Both the position numbers and the translations under genes were made by a program. Positions 7,223 to 13,207 of a stretch of DNA of 52,173 nucleotides are shown piece by piece. Every line of letters starts with the position of its first letter. Position 1 is the stretch's first letter. Origin of the DNA: Acidobacteriota bacterium. Lineage in GTDB: Bacteria > Acidobacteriota > Blastocatellia > Pyrinomonadales > Pyrinomonadaceae. The notes beneath the pieces were generated by a model. The model ran no database searches. It saw only the letters and a program-made list of their open reading frames with translations, and had not been told where the DNA came from. The stretch covers positions 1-52,173 of the forward strand of contig QHXS01000043.1 of the NCBI GenBank assembly GCA_003223975.1. The letters run 5' to 3'.

Positions 7223-7453
7223 TCAAGCCAAAGCGTCGTCGATCCCTGAGAGAGCTTCCTCCAGTGCACCCACTGTGCTGTCGAGAATGGTAATGGTGGT
7301 TGAGATGTTCTCTCCCTGCTCTGCATCCTTCAAGCCCTGTGGTAGGTTATCGAAGGCTTCTTGTTCCTCATCTCCTAGATCTTTGATGAGATCCATGGCT
7401 TGTGAGATGAGTTTGCTAGCTGCTTCAAGATGGTTCTTCCGAGAGTCGTTCAT
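7223..7453 (-). CDS. Hypothetical acidic helical protein (76 aa)
   Basis: The ATG lies 8 nt after AGGAG. Confidence 0.6.
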   Translation of the reverse strand: MNDSRKNHLEAASKLISQAMDLIKDLGDEEQEAFDNLPQGLKDAEQGENISTTITILDSTVGALEEALSGIDDALA

Positions 7454-7481
7454 GGGAATTACTCCTGGCGGCGAAGCCGCT

Positions 7482-7598
7482 CTATGAGTCGTAGTGTGTG
7501 AAGTGTTTCCAAATGCCCCAAACTAGGGCTGCTAATACTATCCAGAGGATGATGTAATTCTGTCCTCCGAAGAGTAAGTCAAGCTTGTCAGGTGTCAT
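7482..7598 (-). CDS. Small single-TM ORF (38 aa), below the track cutoff
   Basis: MTPDKLDLLFGGQNYIILWIVLAALVWGIWKHFTHYDS. It has an ATGA overlap with the stop of the 7595-7939 gene. Confidence 0.4.
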   Translation of the reverse strand: MTPDKLDLLFGGQNYIILWIVLAALVWGIWKHFTHYDS

Positions 7599-7939
7599 GT
7601 TGCAATCTCCCAGTTGATGTCAGATGGAAACTCCAGCCACTCTTTTCCGTCGTACTCGCAAATGCGGTAGAGCTGGCCAGAATCAATGTTGCGCACTACA
7701 AGGCCCTCGCCGGCCAGCTGCCCCAGCTCTTCCACTGCACGAACTAGATCCGGGTCTGTGCGATCCCAGGTGTAGGGATCCCAGTAAGTGGACTCATTGA
7801 AGTCAGGGTCCTCGTAGTAGCAGGTATAACCCTCCACTTCCTGCGGGTAGATGTTCTTGCCTTTCAAGTGAGCGATACGGCAAAGAGCCGTATCACTGAG
7901 GTGGAATGCCCCGTAGGTTTTGTTAAGAACGAGTTTCAT
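7595..7939 (-). CDS. Hypothetical protein (114 aa)
   Basis: Start trimmed to MKLVLNKTYGAF after AAGGAGA. Confidence 0.6.
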   Translation of the reverse strand: MKLVLNKTYGAFHLSDTALCRIAHLKGKNIYPQEVEGYTCYYEDPDFNESTYWDPYTWDRTDPDLVRAVEELGQLAGEGLVVRNIDSGQLYRICEYDGKEWLEFPSDINWEIAT

Positions 7940-8252
7940 GATGAGTCTCCTTCCTGTGGTTTGGTTTCCTGCGGTAGATGCCACCGATGTTGCTAAAGCC
8001 GTGGCGTGAATACCAAGCCTCGAGGGCGTCAAAATCCAGGCCATCCGAAGGTGCGATCTCGAGCCACAGGGTGGTGCCTGTGGTATCTGCTTCTGCTAAG
8101 ATGCGCTTTAAGAGGGCGCTAGCGTGGCCCTGCCCACGATGAGCCTTTGGAGTGTTAAGGCGGGTGATGATAAGCCCTTTGGAATAGTAGTCTGTGAGAT
8201 CTGCAATCGCGAGTGATGCAGGTCCAAGACGAGTGTGAAAGCTGGTTCGCAT
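7923..8252 (-). CDS. GNAT-family acetyltransferase-like protein (109 aa)
   Basis: An acetyl-CoA motif-A-like RGQGHASALLKRIL is followed by ...WYSRHGF. Confidence 0.65.
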   Translation of the reverse strand: MRTSFHTRLGPASLAIADLTDYYSKGLIITRLNTPKAHRGQGHASALLKRILAEADTTGTTLWLEIAPSDGLDFDALEAWYSRHGFSNIGGIYRRKPNHRKETHHETRS

Positions 8253-8303
8253 GGGTGAGTCTCCGTGGGTGCTCTACGGGCGAAGCCCGTTGTGCCATGC
8301 ACA

Positions 8304-8348
8304 ACAATGGCATATCTTCCCCCAGTTGTCAATTGGATTGTGTAGGGG
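8304..8348 (-). promoter_or_regulatory. Early promoter cassette: upstream CTACACAAT element, then TTGACA-N17-CATTGT (TGC extended -10)
   Basis: Minus strand reads CCCCTACACAATCCAATTGACAACTGGGGGAAGATATGCCATTGT. Confidence 0.6.
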
Positions 8349-8350
8349 TG

Positions 8351-8620
8351 CTAAGTCCAGGGACTGAGACCATTTTGTAGTTTCTTCGCGTTTCGTTCTA
8401 GATAGGATAGCAGATCGCTGATTGACGCGAGATCTCGCTCGGTATTGTATACTCTACAAAACTGAGAGATATTAAGTGGCCAATTGGATAATTCTGCACG
8501 GGCTTCGCCCGCTGTGGTGAAGAAGGCGAAGGCTGCGTTTCGCCGCTTTGAGAATGAGGGATTGTTGTTGAGGGCAGCAACGAAAAGCCCTCTAGTTGGG
8601 TGTATGATAACGAGTGGCAT
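8351..8620 (-). CDS. Hypothetical protein (89 aa)
   Basis: Start trimmed to MPLVIIHP after GGAGGAACACACGCA. The longer track ORF would span the promoter at 8649-8692. Confidence 0.55.
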   Translation of the reverse strand: MPLVIIHPTRGLFVAALNNNPSFSKRRNAAFAFFTTAGEARAELSNWPLNISQFCRVYNTERDLASISDLLSYLERNAKKLQNGLSPWT

Positions 8621-8648
8621 TGCGTGTGTTCCTCCTGCGAAATGCACA

Positions 8649-8692
8649 ATTATGGCACAAATAACGCCAGCGCACAATCGGATTGTGTAGTG
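8649..8692 (-). promoter_or_regulatory. Early promoter cassette: CTACACAAT element, then TTGTGC-N17-CATAAT (TGC extended -10)
   Basis: Minus strand reads CACTACACAATCCGATTGTGCGCTGGCGTTATTTGTGCCATAAT. Confidence 0.5.
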
Positions 8693-9032
8693 GTATGCCA
8701 GCTTCACGCGCATGGGACTGGAGAGCCCACACAACGACCCATACAACACCCCCCGAACATGTGACCCGTCGGTGTCACACAGAGTGCTGTGGGCCTTCAT
8801 GTATGCCTGAGAGGGGGGTATTATATATATATATTTCCTACAGAAGCCAGCCTGCAGTTGGCTCTCTGCATTTTCACGTCCAGACCTTCATGTGTCCGCG
8901 ATGGGTAACACAACCAGCTACAGTTGTGCACCCGGTTGTGTCTTTTACAACCGTAGTTTACAGCCCTGCATTGCAAGGAAGAGGGTTTCGGCCCCTGCAT
9001 GGGCTGGGCAGTGGGCGCCAGCAGCGTGAAGA

Positions 9033-9050
9033 GGGGGCCAGTTGGCCCCC
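9033..9050 (-). terminator. GC hairpin gggggcca gt tggccccc, 7 nt after the stop of the 9058-9276 gene
   Basis: Perfect 8-bp stem. It belongs to a three-copy hairpin family with a GCCAA(T/CT)GGC core. The downstream run is T/C-rich, not a clean U-tract. Confidence 0.4.
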
Positions 9051-9057
9051 TCGAGTG

Positions 9058-9276
9058 CTATTTCTGCTTCGCTGGGAAGTATTGATGTCCGCTCTTGCTG
9101 ATCTTCTTCGTCGCGACCAGGGCGCCCATGATGGCCTCGAATTGTTCGAGGGAGAACCCTTTGGTGGCAAAGGCCATATACAGTGGCCCGGCGGGAACGC
9201 CCTGTGGACTGGCGTTGATCTCCTCTGCGATGCCAAGGCATAGCTCGCGGAAAGCTTCTCTGACTTCTGGTGACAT
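9058..9276 (-). CDS. Hypothetical protein (72 aa)
   Basis: Start MSPEVREAF is directly preceded by the conserved leader TTTGAAAGCCAGTCCA. Confidence 0.5.
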   Translation of the reverse strand: MSPEVREAFRELCLGIAEEINASPQGVPAGPLYMAFATKGFSLEQFEAIMGALVATKKISKSGHQYFPAKQK

Positions 9277-9306
9277 TGGACTGGCTTTCAAATGTGGTGG
9301 AAGGGA

Positions 9307-9327
9307 GGAGGCGCCATTGGCGCCTCC
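9307..9327 (-). terminator. GC hairpin ggaggcgcc att ggcgcctcc, 3 nt after the stop of the 9331-9492 ORF
   Basis: Perfect 9-bp stem, from the same family as 9033-9050 and 9522-9542. Confidence 0.4.
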
Positions 9328-9330
9328 GGT

Positions 9331-9492
9331 TCATGAGTTCTTCTCACAATAGCAGTTGTTGGTAAGGTCGAATGCCAAGATGCCTTCATCGTAGAGTTTC
9401 CGGGCGATTTGCCAATGCAGCCAATAATCCTTCGTAGCATCGCGCGTATCGCGAATCACGCGGACCTTGGTTTCCGGCTTTGGTTTCTTCAT
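9331..9492 (-). CDS. Small basic ORF (53 aa), below the track cutoff
   Basis: MKKPKPETKVRVIRDTRDATKDYWLHWQIARKLYDEGILAFDLTNNCYCEKNS. It is preceded by the leader TTTGAAAGCCAGATCC and bracketed by two family hairpins. Confidence 0.4.
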   Translation of the reverse strand: MKKPKPETKVRVIRDTRDATKDYWLHWQIARKLYDEGILAFDLTNNCYCEKNS

Positions 9493-9521
9493 GGATCTGG
9501 CTTTCAAAAGGGTGGCGGGAA

Positions 9522-9542
9522 GGGGTGGCCATTGGCCACCCC
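9522..9542 (-). terminator. GC hairpin ggggtggcc att ggccacccc, 7 nt after the stop of the 9550-10080 gene
   Basis: Perfect 9-bp stem, from the same family. Confidence 0.4.
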
Positions 9543-9549
9543 GATTGTC

Positions 9550-10080
9550 TCACGACTCGTCGTCTTCTTCGTCGGACTCCTCTTCGTCCGACTCGTCTTC
9601 CGCATAGAGTTCGTCCAAAGCGGCGAATGCATCGGGCTTGATCGTTTCGACCTTTTCAAGGTTGATCCGGGCTTGTTCGACCAGTTCGTCCCAATCCCGT
9701 TCGACCTTCATGCGAACGTAAACCGCTTGCTTGTCCTTCGGCACTTTCTTCTTGGTGAAGAGTTCCGCCAAATCCAAGGCCGCGATTTTCCACACCTCGC
9801 GTTCCATCGGGGTCTTCGTCGGAGTCCGTTCCCCGCTTCCCGCCACGCGAACTGTCCCCGCGAATATCGCGTCGGACTTCTTCATGATCTTGCCTTCGAA
9901 TGCGGCCTGATCTTTCATCCCCGCGATACCGTCAATCGTGGATTGACCGAAACCGTAGGCCGCGCAATACGCCATGCGGGGGGTAAGCGCGTCGAACTCC
10001 GCTTGGAAATCCTGTGGTATCGTGATCTCGCACGAGAAGCCCTGCTTCTTGTTCGTGAACAAAGTTTGTAAAGTGGCCAT
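9550..10080 (-). CDS. First leftward early gene: 176-aa protein with a poly-acidic C-terminal tail
   Basis: It ends ...LYAEDESDEEESDEEDDES*. The opposite-strand ORF 9409-10071 is R/L/F-rich shadow. Confidence 0.65.
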   Translation of the reverse strand: MATLQTLFTNKKQGFSCEITIPQDFQAEFDALTPRMAYCAAYGFGQSTIDGIAGMKDQAAFEGKIMKKSDAIFAGTVRVAGSGERTPTKTPMEREVWKIAALDLAELFTKKKVPKDKQAVYVRMKVERDWDELVEQARINLEKVETIKPDAFAALDELYAEDESDEEESDEEDDES

Positions 10081-10155
10081 TGTGACCTGCCTTTCGGAAG
10101 CCCGGTTCGGGCGGGTTGCCCGTGTGAGTCCGTATGTCCGTCTTCCATGCGTATA

Positions 10156-10184
10156 TGTGTATCAAAGGACATGGGCTGGGTCAA
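10156..10184 (-). promoter_or_regulatory. Leftward sigma70-like promoter in the divergent control region: TTGACC-N17-TACACA
   Basis: Minus strand reads TTGACC CAGCCCATGTCCTTTGA TACACA, about 75 nt upstream of the ATG at 10080. Confidence 0.4.
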
Positions 10185-10235
10185 CAACAATCGAACGCCA
10201 GTCGATCACAAGATCGTGAACGCACATCAACGTGC

Positions 10236-10323
10236 GGTTGTGTCCACAATCCTACTAGGTTTGTGGGTTTATGTAGCACCCTATAAACCCAGTGGGTTTG
10301 TGGGAATACCTGTGGTTGTGGGG
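10236..10323. repeat. Four GGTT(T)GTG(G/T) boxes in the divergent control region
   Basis: ggttgtgtcc 10236-10245, ggtttgtggg 10258-10267, ggtttgtggg 10295-10304, ggttgtgggg 10314-10323. Confidence 0.7.
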
Positions 10324-10421
10324 TGGGCCTTCCCCCCTGCATGGCTGCGCAGGGCGGGCGAACCAGCTCTCCAGTTTTCTGGCGTGCTGGAGGTGATGGG
10401 CTCTTATGAACATCCACCTGA

Positions 10422-10450
10422 TGGGCTCTTTCACATTGTGAATGTGGGCT
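10422..10450. promoter_or_regulatory. 29-bp palindrome family, copy b (inner arms perfect, outer arms direct)
   Basis: TGGGCTCTTTCACATTGTGAATGTGGGCT. The flanking ATGGGCTCT motif is repeated three times between 10396 and 10453. Confidence 0.5.
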
Positions 10451-10502
10451 CTCAACTCGGGGGCATTCATCTCCATTTACATTTTACCAGCTAAGTTCCC
10501 AC

Positions 10503-10531
10503 TTGCATGGCGGGCTCTGGAGGTTTACATT
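10503..10531 (+). promoter_or_regulatory. Rightward sigma70-like promoter for the late arm: TTGCAT-N17-TACATT
   Basis: ttgcat 10503-10508, a 17-nt spacer, tacatt 10526-10531. It lies 25 nt upstream of the RBS-supported ATG at 10557. Confidence 0.45.
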
Positions 10532-10556
10532 GCGGGGAGAATTGCGGAGGCTCTCC

Positions 10557-10970
10557 ATGGCGGCTCTTCAGAAATTTAATTCCTTCGCGCAGGATCTTTT
10601 GCTTGCCCGCTTTAACTTTTCTACTCATGCATTCCGGCTGGGGCTTACCAGCACTCCTCCCAGCGCGACGAATACGCTTTGGACGGGAGCGGGAGAGGTT
10701 ACTGGCACGGGCTACACTGCGGGAGGCGGCGTGCTAGCGGTTACCCTCGTCCCACCTACTGGCGGGGTCTCGAAGGTGACGATAGCAGATTACACCTTCA
10801 CCGCCACTGGTACTTGGACCGCCTTCAGGTATGGCGTCATCTACAGCAATGAAACGGCGAGCAAATATCTCGTCGGCTGGTTCGATCACGGAGCGAGCAT
10901 TACGCTCTCCGCTGGAGAGACCTTTAAGGCAGATTTCGATGCGGCGAACGGAGTTTTTACATTAGCGTGA
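10557..10970 (+). CDS. Hypothetical virion-module protein (137 aa)
   Basis: Start trimmed to MAALQKFNSF, 6 nt after GGAGG. It is the first gene of the plus-strand arm. Confidence 0.55.
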   Translation: MAALQKFNSFAQDLLLARFNFSTHAFRLGLTSTPPSATNTLWTGAGEVTGTGYTAGGGVLAVTLVPPTGGVSKVTIADYTFTATGTWTAFRYGVIYSNETASKYLVGWFDHGASITLSAGETFKADFDAANGVFTLA

Positions 10971-10972
10971 GC

Positions 10973-11022
10973 AGCATTTTGACTGGAGATCGTGATTAGC
11001 ATTTTGACTGGAGATCGTGATT
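10973..11022 (+). repeat. Perfect 25-bp tandem duplication (agcattttgactggagatcgtgatt x2)
   Basis: 10973-10997 equals 10998-11022 base for base. It contains TTGACT and GATCGTGATT motifs. Confidence 0.9.
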
Positions 11023-11050
11023 TGGGAACTCGTGAGCGCGAAGGCACCCA

Positions 11051-11344
11051 ATGACTGACTACATTTCTAGTCCCAGCACAGCACACTTCATCCTCACCTG
11101 GGGTGCTGCTCATCCTGGGCAGAACTTCACTGGCATTGACAGAGTTCGCTTTAATTTAACCTTTGGAAAGGTGATAAGCAGAGCGGGCTATGTAGAGAAA
11201 ATTGATACAACTAGCTACTCACTCACAATGCAGGATTTGAGTTTTCTCCACACCTACGCTGTTGGCCCGCTCCTTCCCGCATCTTTCACTTTACTAACAT
11301 CTCGCACCAATCCCGATGAACCACAACCTGTGAGCGCGCAGTGA
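11051..11344 (+). CDS. Hypothetical protein (97 aa)
   Basis: ORF-track ORF. Its stop overlaps the next start (GTGA). Confidence 0.55.
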   Translation: MTDYISSPSTAHFILTWGAAHPGQNFTGIDRVRFNLTFGKVISRAGYVEKIDTTSYSLTMQDLSFLHTYAVGPLLPASFTLLTSRTNPDEPQPVSAQ

Positions 11345-12117
11345 ACGCACCAGACGCTCTCTTTGAAGAGCTGGAAGCGATGATCCCTGGAGGGCAGCAG
11401 CCCTTCTTCGCCCATTTTGCGAGAGAGCTAGTTGAAGAGGATCTAATACTTGGCGAAGCCCTGCCGAAGCGCCAGCCGGAGGGGGCGGCGCTTTTAAAGA
11501 AGATCAGGGGCTCTCATCATGAGGCGGCCCGGCTAGTAGCTCTAGGCAAAGACAACGCTGAGATCTCGCTCATCACTGGATATACCCCGCAGCGGGTCGT
11601 GCAGCTCCGCCATGATCCGGCTTTTCAGGAGCTAATCGCGCACTACACCGGGCAAGTGGAAGAGCTTTATTTTGATACTCATAAGAGGCTTGCTGGCTTC
11701 ACAAATGACGCCATGGAGGTGCTGCACGAGCGCCTCATAGAAGCGCCGGAGAAGATTAAAACCTCTGACTTGAAGGATCTCTTGACTCTAGGCCTTGACA
11801 GGACAGGATTTGGACCGAAGAGCACTGTGAACACCAATATCAAAGCGGTGGTGATTACCAATGCTGAACTTGAGCGGATCAAGGGAGAAGCAGCAGCAGC
11901 TCGCCTTGGAACTGTTAGACAGCTTGAGGCATCGCGGATCACGCACGATCCAGGGACTGAAGTGGGCGGAACTGGCGCTGCGCAGCCCACACCAGAAGCA
12001 GAGGGTGAGGGGGAGCAAAGCGAGGGGTCTGAGCTACGAGCGCCAATTCCAGCGCCATTTCAGCTCGAGCTTGCCCTTGGAAGCCCAGATTCATCACAAC
12101 CAGTGGATGAGATTTGA
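11341..12117 (+). CDS. Small terminase subunit candidate (HTH plus coiled region plus acidic tail)
   Basis: HTH-like HHEAARLVALGKDNAEISLITGYTPQRVVQL. The gene lies upstream of TerL in the packaging arm. No family match is possible by eye. Confidence 0.4.
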   Translation: MNAPDALFEELEAMIPGGQQPFFAHFARELVEEDLILGEALPKRQPEGAALLKKIRGSHHEAARLVALGKDNAEISLITGYTPQRVVQLRHDPAFQELIAHYTGQVEELYFDTHKRLAGFTNDAMEVLHERLIEAPEKIKTSDLKDLLTLGLDRTGFGPKSTVNTNIKAVVITNAELERIKGEAAAARLGTVRQLEASRITHDPGTEVGGTGAAQPTPEAEGEGEQSEGSELRAPIPAPFQLELALGSPDSSQPVDEI

Positions 12118-12403
12118 GGACTCTAATGGCATTGGCTATGCGCAAACAGATAGCTACCTTGTCCTCAACTCCCGAGTCATCTGCTTCGAGTGCAAGCTCA
12201 CAGAAACCCTTGCGGGATACTCCCAGCTTGAAAAGCTCTACAAACCACTCCTTCAAGCGATCTATGAGAGACCCATCGTTCTCGTACTCACTTGCAAAAA
12301 TCTCTCACGACTTGACCTACGGAGAACTGAAGCCAATTCACTTCGCGAAGCGCTCTTGGCGCCGGCTACAAAGGGCGTTATTACCTTTCAGTGGCTTGGA
12401 TAG
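12107..12403 (+). CDS. PD-(D/E)xK-nuclease-like small protein (minimal ATG-start version)
   Basis: ...YAQTDSYLV...VICFECKLT fits a D...ExK core. Upstream in the same frame, GLSYERQFQRHF also looks nuclease-like, so the true start may lie inside the 3' end of the 11341-12117 gene. Confidence 0.4.
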   Translation: MRFEDSNGIGYAQTDSYLVLNSRVICFECKLTETLAGYSQLEKLYKPLLQAIYERPIVLVLTCKNLSRLDLRRTEANSLREALLAPATKGVITFQWLG

Positions 12404-12414
12404 CTATCACAGTT

Positions 12415-12441
12415 GAGCGAGACCGTAGGTCTCTGACTAAC
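12415..12441 (+). promoter_or_regulatory. Conserved stem-loop element GAGCGAGACC-N3-GGTCTCTGACTAAC (copy 1 of 3)
   Basis: Stem gagacc/ggtctc spans 12419-12433. It lies 12 nt after a stop and 8-17 nt before the next start. Confidence 0.6.
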
Positions 12442-12448
12442 ACATAGG

Positions 12449-12931
12449 ATGCACGCCATGATTGACTATAGCACCCTGATGGGAGTAGGGCAAAATCAGC
12501 AGCGAGGGAATCCGCAACCGAGCGGCGCTGCATTCTCCTCCCTGGGGAATATGTATGGCGGAGGGGGAGCGAGCGGGACTGGCAGTGCGCCCATGAATAC
12601 GATGCCTGGGCAGCCCGCGCAACAGCCGGGGATGAACTTGCAGGGGATGTTGAGCTGGCTGGGAAGTGCCTTCCAGCCCCAGCAAGGGCTCATCACATCT
12701 AGCATACCACAGGGTGGAGCGCAGCAGCCCTCTAGCGGGATTGGCGGATCGCTACAGCAGCTCGCCCAGATCTACGGCGCGGCGAGAGGGATGCCAAAGC
12801 CGACGGCCCCGCAGTGGGCGAAGGATATCGGCTTTGGGCAGACGCCTAGCGGTATGGCTGGAGATCTAGTCAATCGCCAGGCGCCAGGAGCGCCAATTCC
12901 TCGCCCACGACCACCCTATAATCAAGCTTAG
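12449..12931 (+). CDS. Gly/Gln/Pro-rich low-complexity protein (160 aa)
   Basis: It ends ...APIPRPRPPYNQA and shares the (I/L)PR(A/P)RP motif with the next two low-complexity genes. Confidence 0.55.
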   Translation: MHAMIDYSTLMGVGQNQQRGNPQPSGAAFSSLGNMYGGGGASGTGSAPMNTMPGQPAQQPGMNLQGMLSWLGSAFQPQQGLITSSIPQGGAQQPSSGIGGSLQQLAQIYGAARGMPKPTAPQWAKDIGFGQTPSGMAGDLVNRQAPGAPIPRPRPPYNQA

Positions 12932-12943
12932 GGAGCTAATAAG

Positions 12944-13162
12944 ATGGCAATCTCCATTGGCGGGCTCATCAGTTTTTTGATTATTCTTCTAGTGCTGGGC
13001 ATTGTTGTCTGGCTGGCGTATTATATCCTGGCGAACTTCGCGCCACCAGAGCCCTTGGGTCGCATAATCCGAGTTGCGATTATGGTCGTCGCAGTGTTGA
13101 TAGTTGTTGTGCTACTGCTTAATTTCGCGGGCATTGGTACTGGATTGCGGCTTACAGGATGA
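12944..13162 (+). CDS. Two-TM membrane protein (72 aa); holin-like topology
   Basis: There are two long hydrophobic helices, LISFLIILLVLGIVVWLAYYIL and VAIMVVAVLIVVVLLLNFAGI. The function is inferred from topology only. Confidence 0.45.
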   Translation: MAISIGGLISFLIILLVLGIVVWLAYYILANFAPPEPLGRIIRVAIMVVAVLIVVVLLLNFAGIGTGLRLTG

Positions 13163-13188
13163 GCGAGACCCGAGGGTCTCGGATTAAC
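13161..13188 (+). promoter_or_regulatory. Conserved stem-loop element GAGCGAGACCCGAGGGTCTCGGATTAAC (copy 2 of 3)
   Basis: It overlaps the TGA stop of the membrane-protein gene and lies 20 nt before the ATG at 13208. Confidence 0.6.
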
Positions 13189-13207
13189 ACTATAGGGAGC
13201 TAACGAG

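Noticed and set aside
8693-9032. A tRNA or tmRNA gene in the ORF-free segment
   Set aside because: I could not find a T-loop-like GTTCGAATC/GTTCAAATC or a cloverleaf by eye, here or elsewhere. This cannot be fully excluded without tRNAscan-SE.
9409-10071. Long alternative-strand ORFs: 9409-10071(+), 8683-9243(+), 5493-6218(+), 4948-5442(+), 13589-14278(-), 25309-26028(-), 26728-27381(-), 31080-31604(-)
   Set aside because: All lie opposite better ORFs in GC-rich or low-complexity regions. They have Arg/Leu/Cys/Trp-heavy composition and no RBS, and they break the strand polarity of their arm.
12419-12433. Paired BsaI sites (GAGACC/GGTCTC) in the three stem-loop elements as evidence of an engineered (Golden Gate) construct
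   Set aside because: The sites are simply the two arms of a natural palindromic stem. They are embedded in a longer conserved element and flanked by ordinary phage genes, with no vector-like sequence anywhere.
13181-13199. ATTAACACTATAGGGAGC strongly resembles a T7/SP6-class single-subunit RNAP promoter core (CACTATAGGGAG)
   Set aside because: There is only one such site, and no single-subunit RNAP gene is present. The other two copies of the same stem-loop element diverge exactly here. GGGAG lies 8 nt before the ATG and is explained as the RBS.
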